From: Candidatus Poribacteria bacterium
Lineage (GTDB): Bacteria > Poribacteria > WGA-4E > WGA-3G
DNA: 64,000 nt
NCBI GenBank assembly: GCA_964291315.2
Contig: OZ219752.1
Span: 1 to 64,000 of the forward strand
Direction of reading: 5' to 3'
Shown here: positions 49,907 to 59,353 of the stretch, piece by piece
Layout of the letters: the number at the start of each line of letters is the position of its first letter
Position numbering within the stretch: position 1 is the first letter of the stretch
Position numbers and translations under genes: made by a program
The notes under the pieces: generated by a model
Databases searched by the model: none
Seen by the model: only the letters and a program-made list of their open reading frames with translations
Told to the model about the DNA's origin: nothing

Positions 49907-51772
49907 GTGGTGCAGAAATTTCCTTATTACACAGTTGCAACGGTAGCACTCGTATCGTGCTACCTCACCGTTTGGCAGGCTCCAGATGGATACTGCCAGG
50001 AAGTTGGCGATGCAGACATTAGCAAACAGATTCGCACCTATAAGGCAGCACTAGCTACTGGCAGTTTCCAGATTCAGACTCAACTGCATCTGGCAAAGGC
50101 TTACCTCCAGATTGAGGCTTACAAGGAAGCCATTGAGGTGTGTCAACAGGCGATAACAACCTTAGACGAGGTTAGGGAACGCACAAATATCGTTAACGCC
50201 TCTGGAATGCTAGCAGAGGCTTATTACGGTTTGGGGCTTGCATATACCGGGCTTGAGAGGTTTGAAGATGCTATGTCTGCATATCAGCGCTCAATTGCAT
50301 ATGAACCTGATTCGGCGTATAGCCACGCGGCTTTGGCGAGTGTCTACACGAATACATATCGTTACACCGAAGCCCTTGATGTTTACAAGACTGCGGTTAA
50401 ACTGGAACCGACCGATGAAATGATTCAGCACCAACTTGGGAATGTCTACAGTAAACGCGGAGATAACGCTGCAGCGATGCACCATCAAAAATCTGCGCTT
50501 GCTGTCGCCCCCGAATTCGCAGACGCTCACTATCAGCTCGGAATTCTCTATGCCCGAGAAAAGCGGTGGACTGAGGCTATTGCGTCATATCAGACGGCAT
50601 ATTCACACGATGCGACACTAGTTGAGGCACTTTATAACCTTGCACAAGCCTATTTTCGTACTGGAGATATGGTAGCCGCACGCGAGCAGATGGCACTTTT
50701 TGAGAAACGGAAAGCGGCATTGACTCCGCTGTACCAGTTACGCGGGGCCTTGCAACGGACCCAGAACACAAAAAATCGAGCTCAGATCCTTGCTAATATC
50801 GGTAGACTCTATCTGAAAAACGGACTCTATGAAAAAGCCGTTTGGGAATACGAGAAGGCAGTCGGAATGGACGCAGAACTCGCACCTGCGTACAATGGTC
50901 TCGGTATTGCCTATACAATGCTTCAGAGATACGCTAAAGCGGTGGCAGCACAACAAAAAGCCTTGAAACTTCAACCAGATTTTGTGGAGGCGCATGCAGG
51001 AATCGGCTTGGTATATTTCATGCAGAATAAGGCAGCACTTGCACTAGAGCATTACCAGCACGCAGTTGCAATGGATCCAGAATTTTTAGAGGCACACCTG
51101 AAGATTGGGATTATTCTGCTGAATCAGAAACGCTATGCAGCAGCGGCCGATACCTATAAAACAGCCTTAGTGATAGCACCCGGCAATGCTGAAATATATC
51201 ATAACCTGGGTTTGTGTTATGCCCAGCAAACAAAAACGGCTAAAGACGACACCGAACAACTACTGGAGACTCCATCCACTATGGATCTGACGACTGCGGC
51301 ATTAGCGGCACTTGAAAAAGCGGTCGAACTTTCGTTAGCGGGTACGGATGCTCCGGAGCAAGCCGACCTATCCTCGGGACACCCGCCGTTTTTGACAGAA
51401 ACCTACTACCTTATTGGTGACATTCAAGCAAAAAAAGGGGATTTCAAGGCAGCGAAGGCAGCTTACCTTGCATCCGGTTTATCAAAGGCATATCACGCCC
51501 TGGCACGCCTAAGTGCGAAACGCGCAATAGCAACTAAAAAAAACAACGAACAAAGGGTTACATTGGAAGCAGCTCAACATTATGCACACGAGGCCACACG
51601 GTTAGATCCAAACGTAGCGAGTTATTACAATACGCTTGCCCTTATCGAGTTTCGAAGTGGAGATTATCTACAGGCAGAGCAGGCAATCCGAAAGGCGTTG
51701 GAACTTGATCCTGAAAACTCTAATTATCGACAAGGCCTCAAGCAGATTTCTAGTAAATTGGGCAGTGAGTAA
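49907..51772 (+). CDS. Tetratricopeptide repeat protein
   Basis: Many TPRs (AYYGLG, AHYQLG, AYNGLG, KALELDP). Confidence 0.9.
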   Translation: MVQKFPYYTVATVALVSCYLTVWQAPDGYCQEVGDADISKQIRTYKAALATGSFQIQTQLHLAKAYLQIEAYKEAIEVCQQAITTLDEVRERTNIVNASGMLAEAYYGLGLAYTGLERFEDAMSAYQRSIAYEPDSAYSHAALASVYTNTYRYTEALDVYKTAVKLEPTDEMIQHQLGNVYSKRGDNAAAMHHQKSALAVAPEFADAHYQLGILYAREKRWTEAIASYQTAYSHDATLVEALYNLAQAYFRTGDMVAAREQMALFEKRKAALTPLYQLRGALQRTQNTKNRAQILANIGRLYLKNGLYEKAVWEYEKAVGMDAELAPAYNGLGIAYTMLQRYAKAVAAQQKALKLQPDFVEAHAGIGLVYFMQNKAALALEHYQHAVAMDPEFLEAHLKIGIILLNQKRYAAAADTYKTALVIAPGNAEIYHNLGLCYAQQTKTAKDDTEQLLETPSTMDLTTAALAALEKAVELSLAGTDAPEQADLSSGHPPFLTETYYLIGDIQAKKGDFKAAKAAYLASGLSKAYHALARLSAKRAIATKKNNEQRVTLEAAQHYAHEATRLDPNVASYYNTLALIEFRSGDYLQAEQAIRKALELDPENSNYRQGLKQISSKLGSE

Positions 51773-51828
51773 ATACGTATTTATAAAAAACAGAAGCATT
51801 TACAAAAAACAGAATGGAAAGGATTAGC

Positions 51829-53274
51829 ATGGCATACGCAAGCCTTGAAGAGTTTGTGAAAGTCTTGAACCGGGCAGGCGAACTCAAACGCATTAAAACG
51901 CCTGTATCTCCGGACTTAGAAATTAGTGAAATCACCGACCGCGTGAGTAAAGCGGGCGGCCCTGCCCTTCTATTTGAAAACGTTGAAGGCAGCCGGATGC
52001 CGCTACTCATCAACACCTACGGTTCGGCTGACCGGATGGCGCTGGCATTTGGTGTTGATAACCTTTCGCAGATTGCCTCCGAAATTGAGGCGCTGCTTAA
52101 ACTAGAAGCTCCGGATTCGCTGCTTGATAAGGTAAGAATTCTCCGATTCGTGTCCCAATTGGCGAATTTCCCGCCAAAAACCGTTAAACGCGGCGCGTCT
52201 CAAGAGATCGTCTTGACGGATGAAGACGCATCTTTGGATGCCTTGCCGCTCATCAAATGCTGGCCTCTTGATGCAGACAAATATATCACCTTACCGCAAG
52301 TTTTCACGCATAGCTTAAAGACCGGCCAACGAAATGTCGGTACGTATCGTTTACAGAAAATAACCCCGTACACCTTAGCGATGCATTGGCAAATCCACCA
52401 TGACGGTGCTGCACATTATCGGGAGTATCAACAGGTCGGCCAACAGATGCCTGTTGCGATTGCACTTGGCGGGGATCCAGTCATGTCTTATATTGGCACC
52501 GCCCCCCTCCCTTCCGGGATTGATGAATTGCTCTTTGCCGGTTTTCTTCGAAAATCGAACGTACAGATGGTGCCAGCTAAGACGGTTGATATGCTCGTGC
52601 CCGCGGATGCAGACATTGTGATTGAAGGTTACATTGAGCCGGGTGAGACTTGCATAGAGGGGCCCTTCGGAGACCATACGGGCTTCTATTCGTTGGCGGA
52701 TGAATACCCGTTGCTCCACATCACAGCAATCACACACCGTAAAAATCCGATCTACCAGACAATCATCGTCGGTAAACCACCGATGGAAGACTGCTATATG
52801 GGAAAGGCGACTGAACGCATCTTCATGCCGCTAATTAAAACGCAGCTCCCTGAACTAGTGGATATGAACCTGCCTTTGTTCGGGGTATTCCACAATTTTG
52901 CCCTGATTTCTATTGATAAACGATATCCGTATCACGCGAAAAAGATGATGCACAGCTTGTGGGGACTTGGACAGCTGATGTTTAGTAAGATGATCATCGT
53001 TGTCGATAAGGAGGTTGATGTCCAAAACGTAGAAGAGGTGCTTTTCTATGTCGGGAGCAATGTAGATCCGAAACGAGATGTAACAATCGTTGAAGGTCCT
53101 GTCGATGTGTTGGATCACGCCGCACCGCTTATGGGTGCTGGTTCAAAAATGGGCATTGATGCAACAACGAAATGGCCCGAAGAAGGATATCAACGCGAAT
53201 GGCCCGAGGAGATTCGAATGTCTGATGAGGTAATTGCGTTGGTAAGTAAAAAGTGGAAAAAATACGGATTTTGA
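51829..53274 (+). CDS. UbiD-family decarboxylase (menaquinone/futalosine-pathway type)
   Basis: GGPALLFENV, RNVGTYRLQ, HWQIHHDG, EGPFGDHTGFY, KMGIDAT.K. Confidence 0.9.
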   Translation: MAYASLEEFVKVLNRAGELKRIKTPVSPDLEISEITDRVSKAGGPALLFENVEGSRMPLLINTYGSADRMALAFGVDNLSQIASEIEALLKLEAPDSLLDKVRILRFVSQLANFPPKTVKRGASQEIVLTDEDASLDALPLIKCWPLDADKYITLPQVFTHSLKTGQRNVGTYRLQKITPYTLAMHWQIHHDGAAHYREYQQVGQQMPVAIALGGDPVMSYIGTAPLPSGIDELLFAGFLRKSNVQMVPAKTVDMLVPADADIVIEGYIEPGETCIEGPFGDHTGFYSLADEYPLLHITAITHRKNPIYQTIIVGKPPMEDCYMGKATERIFMPLIKTQLPELVDMNLPLFGVFHNFALISIDKRYPYHAKKMMHSLWGLGQLMFSKMIIVVDKEVDVQNVEEVLFYVGSNVDPKRDVTIVEGPVDVLDHAAPLMGAGSKMGIDATTKWPEEGYQREWPEEIRMSDEVIALVSKKWKKYGF

Positions 53275-53292
53275 GAGATTAGGAGAAAAACG

Positions 53293-54366
53293 ATGACAAA
53301 CGCGATTTACGATGTTGCAGTAATCGGCGCAGGACCCGCAGGGGCACAAGCAGCTGTTTCGGCGAGCCATCAGATGCGACATGTTTTGGTGATTCATTCT
53401 GGAAAGGTCAGCTTTAGCCGCGGGCGGGCTTATTGGTCCAAGTCAGTGGAGATCGAAGATGCCCCAGTGTTCCCCGGTATCATCGGCCCCAATTTTTCAA
53501 AAGAACTCATGCGGTGGATGCAGAGCAGACCGGTTATCGACTTCATGATCGGTGATGAAAAGCGCAAAACCGGTATCGACATCCGCGATGGGTTAGTCAT
53601 GAAACTCAAAAAAACGCACGACGGCTTGTTTGAAATCGAAGCATCCACGAAAACACGCAAGCGCGGCACGGATTTAGAGGTAGAGCACTTTAAAGCCCGG
53701 ACAGTTGTCGTCGCTGCTGGGTTTGATGATAAGTGGCCCGATATCGAGGTTGACCCAGGCACAGAACGGCTATATAAACAATACGCTACCGTCTTCCGTT
53801 ATGCAGGCAACCGCAAAGGATGGCACGTCTGCATCCGTTGTGATGGACATTTGCACGTCAACGAACCCCTTGCTCTCCTCGGGGTTGGTGACTACATCTA
53901 TGAGGCAGCAATCGGCGCACAGGATTTTACCGATAAAATTACAATCCTAACGAACGGCAGACCCCACGGTATGTCGCCACCTGTGTTGGAACAGATCCGA
54001 GAACGTAAAATCAACATCGTTGAAACAAAAATCAGACGACACATCGGTGAAAAAACAGACCTTTTGGGATTTGAAATGAGTGACGGTACCGAATTGTTCT
54101 TCCACGGATTCCTCGTCGATGAAGGATTAATTCCGAACACAAAATTTCTTGAAGAGTGGGATTATCAGAAAGACGAGGAAGGTTTGATTGTCGCAAACGA
54201 GGACATGCAAATGCTGGATAGCAAAGGAAAACCCATCCCAGGACTCTTCGCGGCAGGCGACATTATATCCGGCTCACGAAACCTTATCGCAACCGCATTT
54301 GCCCTCGGACAAGAGGCTGGCTTGTCAGCCTCGGACTCTTTGCGTCGATGGCATTTCCCGGGTTAG
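53293..54366 (+). CDS. FAD/NAD(P)-dependent oxidoreductase, thioredoxin-reductase-like
   Basis: YDVAVIGAGPAG, CIRCDG (CxxC), PGLFAAGD. Confidence 0.8.
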   Translation: MTNAIYDVAVIGAGPAGAQAAVSASHQMRHVLVIHSGKVSFSRGRAYWSKSVEIEDAPVFPGIIGPNFSKELMRWMQSRPVIDFMIGDEKRKTGIDIRDGLVMKLKKTHDGLFEIEASTKTRKRGTDLEVEHFKARTVVVAAGFDDKWPDIEVDPGTERLYKQYATVFRYAGNRKGWHVCIRCDGHLHVNEPLALLGVGDYIYEAAIGAQDFTDKITILTNGRPHGMSPPVLEQIRERKINIVETKIRRHIGEKTDLLGFEMSDGTELFFHGFLVDEGLIPNTKFLEEWDYQKDEEGLIVANEDMQMLDSKGKPIPGLFAAGDIISGSRNLIATAFALGQEAGLSASDSLRRWHFPG

Positions 54367-54382
54367 GAGGAAAATGGGTTAA

Positions 54383-57277
54383 ATGCAAGACAAAAAAAAA
54401 GAAACGTTCTATATTATTGATACACATGCCGAGATATTCCGAGCGTATTACGCCATCCGCAGCGGGTTAACGAGTAGCATCACTGGCGAAGCAACACACG
54501 CTGTATTCGGTTTCACCGGAACGTTGATCAGAATTTTATCGCAACTTAAGCCGAAATACCTCGTCGCTGCGATAGATACCCCAGGGAAAACGTTTCGCAA
54601 TAACCTTTATGCAGAATATAAAGCAAACCGCTCCACCCCACCTAATGACCTCGTGACACAGATTCACCGCATTTTACAATTGCTTGACGCATTCGGGATA
54701 TTAACACTAGGTGCGCCAGACCTAGAAGCAGACGACATTATAGCCTCTGTTATAGAGACAGTACTCAGAAACCCAGAGACAGACAACGTAGATGTCACTA
54801 TTGTCTCCAGAGATAAGGACCTAGAGCAACTTCTCTGTGAACAGGTAGCGATGTTAGATATTCAGAAGGATAAGATTATAGACGTTAGAGCGTTGTGGGA
54901 CGCGAAAGGTATAAAACCGTCTCAAGTTGTTGATGTGCTTGCATTGATGGGAGACACTTCCGATAACGTCCCCGGTGTTGAAAAAATAGGTTTGAAAACA
55001 GCAGCTCGATTGATTAATGAGTACGGTTCCATTGACGGCATTTTTGAAAATATTAATAAAATAAGAGGGAAACGTCGTGAGAATCTGGAGAAGGCACGTT
55101 CACAAATTGCCATCGCCCAACAACTTGTGACATTGAAGCGCGACGCAAGTCTAGATTTCTCACTAGAGAAGGCTCGTGTCAAACCACTTGATCTCCAGAA
55201 AATTCTCCCACTTTTCGAGGAACTAGAGCTTAAACGTTATCAACAGATCGTAGCAGAGCTCGCTAGCGGTGATGCTGAGTCGGAGGGTTCGACAATCTCT
55301 CAACCTACAACGCGCAAGGAACGTGTTGCGGCTTTAGCGCGAAAGACAGATGCTATTCTGAATAAAGGCGACTACGATACCGCAGAAACCGGAGACTATT
55401 CGACAATTGTTACACACACCCAATTGAAAGAACTTGTTGAGACGCTCTCGGCACAAGAAATGATCAGTTTTGATACTGAAACAGACGGCTTAGAGCGTGA
55501 GTCAACACTTTGCGGTCTGAGTTTTTCGTGGAAACCAAAGCACGGGGTCTATGTTCCTATTCGTTCACCTCAGCCTGAAAGTCATCTTACTGCCGATATT
55601 GTGCTTTCTAAACTCAAGCCTGTTTTGGAAGATCCGGACCTTGCTAAATGTGGACATAATCTAAAATTCGACGCAGGTATCCTCATCCGAAACGGGATTA
55701 AGCTTCAAGGCGCTGTCTTCGATACGCTGTTGGCGAGCCAATTGGTTGATGCCCGGATCCCTTCACATAATCTCGATACGTTGGCGCTCCTTTATTTAAA
55801 TCACAAAATGATCTCTTTTAAAGAGTTAATAGCGGTTGGAAACGATGCACTCCCTGACAAAAACAGCGACGGAATGAACGCGTTAGGAGCCGCCTTTGAA
55901 GCAGATGCAGAATCACATAGATCCATTGATGAGATCTCGTTAGAGAAAGCGACAATCTACGCCGCAGAAGACGCAGACATCGCACTAAGACTTTATCATT
56001 TCCTAACCCCCAAATTAGCAGAGATGGACATTACTGCCCTGGTGCAAGATATAGAATCCCCGCTCGCTCCCGTTCTTGCTGAGATGGAATATAACGGTAT
56101 CTTCTGTGATACAGAGGAGCTCAAACATCAAAGCAATGTGATTAGCAAACTTGTTGATGATCGGCAAACAGAAATTCATGAAATCGTCGGATATCGGTGT
56201 AATATAGATTCTCCGAAGCAGCTGGCGCAGGTGTTGTTTGAAAATCTCGGTTTCAAACCGGTAAAACGGACACCGGGTGGCAAAGTTTCGACGGATGTGA
56301 CGGTTTTAGAGAAGCTCTCTCTGAGAGAAGATATCAACGATCTGAAAACGAGCGTACCGCGCTTAATCATCGAATACCGTCAATTCCGCAAGTTACAGAG
56401 CACCTATTTAGCGCAGCTTCAGGCGGCAGTCGACCCGAAAACCCGCCGTATTCACACACATCTCTATCAATTAACAACAGCCACAGGGCGTTTGAATTCC
56501 GATCGCCCGAACTTACAGAACATTCCGGTCCGCACAGAAATTGGACGCCAGCTGCGGCGCGCTTTTAGATCGCCTGAAGGACACAAATTAATCTGTGCCG
56601 ATTATTCGCAGATTGAGCTCCGCATTCTTGCACACTTTAGCGAAGATGAGAGACTCATTGAAACATTCACCCGGGACTTAGATATTCACACAGCAGTCGC
56701 CTCGCAAGTGTTTGGGGTGCCGGATGCAACAGTTACGCGGGAGCTGCGGGATAAGGCAAAGACTATCAATTTTGGTATTATCTACGGAGTTTCCGCGACC
56801 GGGCTCTCGCGCCGCATTAGAGGGATGAGTGTAAAGGAGGCAGCAGAACTCATAGCCGACTATAAGGCACGTTTTCCCGGGATAGAGCGTTTTCTGCGGC
56901 AGTGTATTCAGCAAGCATCCGATCATGGGTATGTTAGGACGCTCACAGGCAGGCGCCGCGCTATTCCTGAAATTTATGCCTCTAACCAAAGACAGCGGAG
57001 TCTCGGCGAACGGTTGGCAATCAATACGGTGGTTCAAGGTTCAGCTGCAGACCTGATGAAGGCAGCGATGGTCCGCGTCCAGCGCCGAATCGATAGCGAT
57101 AAGTTGCAGCTGAAAATGCTCTTACAGATTCATGATGAGTTGGTGCTTGAAACACCAGATGCGCTTGCAGAAGTACATGCGGAGATCGTCTGTGAGGAAA
57201 TGGAAAACGCTATGTCTATTCGCGTACCGCTTCGGACAGAGGTAAGTATTGGCGATAATTGGCTGACAGCGAAATGA
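54383..57277 (+). CDS. polA: DNA polymerase I
   Basis: 5'-3' exonuclease (YKANR, EADD, GDTSDNVPGV), FDTET, PNLQNIP, ADYSQIELR, KTINFGIIYG, LQIHDEL. Confidence 0.97.
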   Translation: MQDKKKETFYIIDTHAEIFRAYYAIRSGLTSSITGEATHAVFGFTGTLIRILSQLKPKYLVAAIDTPGKTFRNNLYAEYKANRSTPPNDLVTQIHRILQLLDAFGILTLGAPDLEADDIIASVIETVLRNPETDNVDVTIVSRDKDLEQLLCEQVAMLDIQKDKIIDVRALWDAKGIKPSQVVDVLALMGDTSDNVPGVEKIGLKTAARLINEYGSIDGIFENINKIRGKRRENLEKARSQIAIAQQLVTLKRDASLDFSLEKARVKPLDLQKILPLFEELELKRYQQIVAELASGDAESEGSTISQPTTRKERVAALARKTDAILNKGDYDTAETGDYSTIVTHTQLKELVETLSAQEMISFDTETDGLERESTLCGLSFSWKPKHGVYVPIRSPQPESHLTADIVLSKLKPVLEDPDLAKCGHNLKFDAGILIRNGIKLQGAVFDTLLASQLVDARIPSHNLDTLALLYLNHKMISFKELIAVGNDALPDKNSDGMNALGAAFEADAESHRSIDEISLEKATIYAAEDADIALRLYHFLTPKLAEMDITALVQDIESPLAPVLAEMEYNGIFCDTEELKHQSNVISKLVDDRQTEIHEIVGYRCNIDSPKQLAQVLFENLGFKPVKRTPGGKVSTDVTVLEKLSLREDINDLKTSVPRLIIEYRQFRKLQSTYLAQLQAAVDPKTRRIHTHLYQLTTATGRLNSDRPNLQNIPVRTEIGRQLRRAFRSPEGHKLICADYSQIELRILAHFSEDERLIETFTRDLDIHTAVASQVFGVPDATVTRELRDKAKTINFGIIYGVSATGLSRRIRGMSVKEAAELIADYKARFPGIERFLRQCIQQASDHGYVRTLTGRRRAIPEIYASNQRQRSLGERLAINTVVQGSAADLMKAAMVRVQRRIDSDKLQLKMLLQIHDELVLETPDALAEVHAEIVCEEMENAMSIRVPLRTEVSIGDNWLTAK

Positions 57278-57303
57278 TAATTCCTACAATTAAATTATTA
57301 AAC

Positions 57304-57332
57304 TTGACAAAGCAAAGTAATTATGATATAAT
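57304..57332 (+). promoter_or_regulatory. Consensus sigma70 promoter with extended -10
   Basis: TTGACA-aagcaaagtaattatga (17 nt)-TATAAT. Confidence 0.8.
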
Positions 57333-57672
57333 TTAACTTAACGTAAATTTAAGGGAAATGTGATAGTGTCCGCTGGCAAATTTACGAGTAGTGTTTTGAC
57401 AGTTTTACGATTTGGAACCGGAAGCATTCTCATTATGCAATGTGTCGGGACTCCAACAAGAGATTGATAAGAGTTACTTTTTGCCAATCTTTCCTACGCT
57501 TGCTGCCAAATTTCTGCCTTTGAAAATGCTGACAGTGCTCAGTTTTCTCATTTTCCCGTACTTTCACCCCTTTTGGGTCTTTATGAAAGATGGCTGTGGA
57601 GGCGTGTAGATGCCCCAGCCGTGTACATAATACCAAATTAGGGTACATATAATTTCTACAAGGAGAAACGAG

Positions 57673-57954
57673 ATGAATATCTACGTTGGCAACGTGCCTT
57701 ATACGGCGACGGAAGAGGACCTCGAAGGACTCTTTAGAGAGTATGGTCCGGTTGCTACGGCTACAATTATCCGGGACCGGTACGATGGTCGTTCCAAGGG
57801 ATTTGGCTTCGTTGAAATGGAAAACCAAGAAGATGGTCAACGAGCGATAGAAGCGTTGGATGGTCAAGATATGATGGGACGTCCATTGAAAGTTAACCCG
57901 GCACGTCCTCGCGAGCAACGCCGTGAGCGTCAGTATAACGACACGGGGATGTAA
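57673..57954 (+). CDS. RRM (RNP-1) RNA-binding protein
   Basis: IYVGNV (RNP2), RSKGFGFVEM (RNP1), GRPLKVN.ARPR; AGGAG RBS. Confidence 0.95.
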   Translation: MNIYVGNVPYTATEEDLEGLFREYGPVATATIIRDRYDGRSKGFGFVEMENQEDGQRAIEALDGQDMMGRPLKVNPARPREQRRERQYNDTGM

Positions 57955-58019
57955 TCCCCGTCGCAATGTCTTCTTTGTGAAGACACCTTTTGCTTGCTGC
58001 AGTGCAGCTTGCAAATTTC

Positions 58020-58074
58020 TGCCCTAGTTTGAGATCTGTTTAGCTTTACACAGATCCCAAACTAGGGCATTTTT
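58020..58074 (+). terminator. Rho-independent terminator
   Basis: TGCCCTAGTTTG-AGATCTG...CAGATCC-CAAACTAGGGCA followed by TTTTT, between convergent genes. Confidence 0.8.
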
Positions 58075-58149
58075 GTTGTGCTAAAAGAGGGCTATTAGGA
58101 AATCAGTAAGAAAACAACCTACCCTCTCAGCTTTTCTGCCCGGATCCGA

Positions 58150-58923
58150 TTAATCTTGCTGCTTAAGCATTCCCCAGGCGACAGCGATCTTCCCCGCAGG
58201 TTCTACTGCGACACCGAACACCTGTAAGCCATTATTCATAATGTCAGCAATATCGTCATCCGACAAAGGTGCATGGAAAAGACCGACTTCGTCGATCGCG
58301 CCAGTGAACCAATTGCCAGTAGCATCCCAAATACCACAGCCTCCAATATTCACGTTGAAGTCAGATCTACCGTGATCCGACCAGCTGCCGTTTTGCATCG
58401 TGGCCTCTCCGTCCACGTAGACCTTGGTATATTCTCCGGTAGCAACAGCAGCAACATGGTGCCACTCACCCGCCGGATGCGGATATGGATTCTCAGTGCC
58501 GCCAGCACTTGGAGTCCACAACATGATCGTGTTGGGATTAATAAAACCGAATTCGGGTGAGTCGTTTTGTCCTATAATTCCGACGCGATTCTCGGTAATG
58601 TTCCCTGGCTTCACCCAAGCAACGACAGTGAACTCACGTCGACCATTAAGAAGCTGCTGCCCTGTACTGACACAGTTGCCTCCACCATCAAAAGCCAAAG
58701 CACCACCGAAACGCCCATCAACCCAAACTGGAGCATTGGCAATCGTCCCGTGATTCTCATTACCTGACGAATCCATCGCCATGCCACCTGTCCCATCATC
58801 AAACAACCAAATACCTACAACACTACCAGGATCAATCGCGGCACTACTGCTGTTGACAGCAAAGAGACTGACAACCATCAGTCCGAGACTAAACAGAATA
58901 ACTGTTAAAGTATTAAATTTCAC
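58150..58923 (-). CDS. Secreted LamG-like jellyroll protein
   Basis: GIWLFDDG.G..A.DSSGN.NHG, WHHVAAV, YVDG, FTGAIDEV; tail AVEPAGKIAVAWGMLK. Confidence 0.88.
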   Translation of the reverse strand: MKFNTLTVILFSLGLMVVSLFAVNSSSAAIDPGSVVGIWLFDDGTGGMAMDSSGNENHGTIANAPVWVDGRFGGALAFDGGGNCVSTGQQLLNGRREFTVVAWVKPGNITENRVGIIGQNDSPEFGFINPNTIMLWTPSAGGTENPYPHPAGEWHHVAAVATGEYTKVYVDGEATMQNGSWSDHGRSDFNVNIGGCGIWDATGNWFTGAIDEVGLFHAPLSDDDIADIMNNGLQVFGVAVEPAGKIAVAWGMLKQQD

Positions 58924-59292
58924 TTGAATTCCTCTCGCTTTCTTTAAAGATTTACCGCCCCAAGAGGCAGGTTTGTTTTTTTTTGCCTATTCCGCTGTTT
59001 CTGAAGTCCTCGGAACACGTTGAACATTTGACACTTTTCGCAGCGTTACCAGAAATAGCAGATTAAATATATTTTGACACATTTTACATTAAAATGCAAG
59101 TTTTTTCTCAATCACTCTTTTATTCAGATAACGTGAGCTTCAAAAAAGAGGGGTCAGCACTTTTATACCATCATGCAAGCAACTTGTACCATAGACTGAT
59201 AGCGTTGCCTCCATAGCACAATTTCCCCGTTCGAAGGGATAGCCTTTTTTCAGCTGCAATAACTTATCTGGCCCAACCTCCGAAAAACAGTG

Positions 59293-59321
59293 TTGAAGGT
59301 TATTAAGAAATTGTGTATAAT
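59293..59321 (+). promoter_or_regulatory. Probable sigma70 promoter of the methyltransferase gene
   Basis: TTGAAG-17 nt-TATAAT, about 30 bp upstream of ATG 59354. Confidence 0.55.
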
Positions 59322-59353
59322 GTGTGAAAACCAACGAATAGGAAAAAACGTCC

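Noticed and set aside
54392-54400. A9 tract near the polA start (and A9 in wzc near 6408) as phase-variation sites
   Set aside because: Both genes are in frame, and Lys-codon A runs are common here.
57433-58014. 193-aa minus-strand ORF
   Set aside because: It is antisense to the clear RRM gene and has no recognisable motifs.
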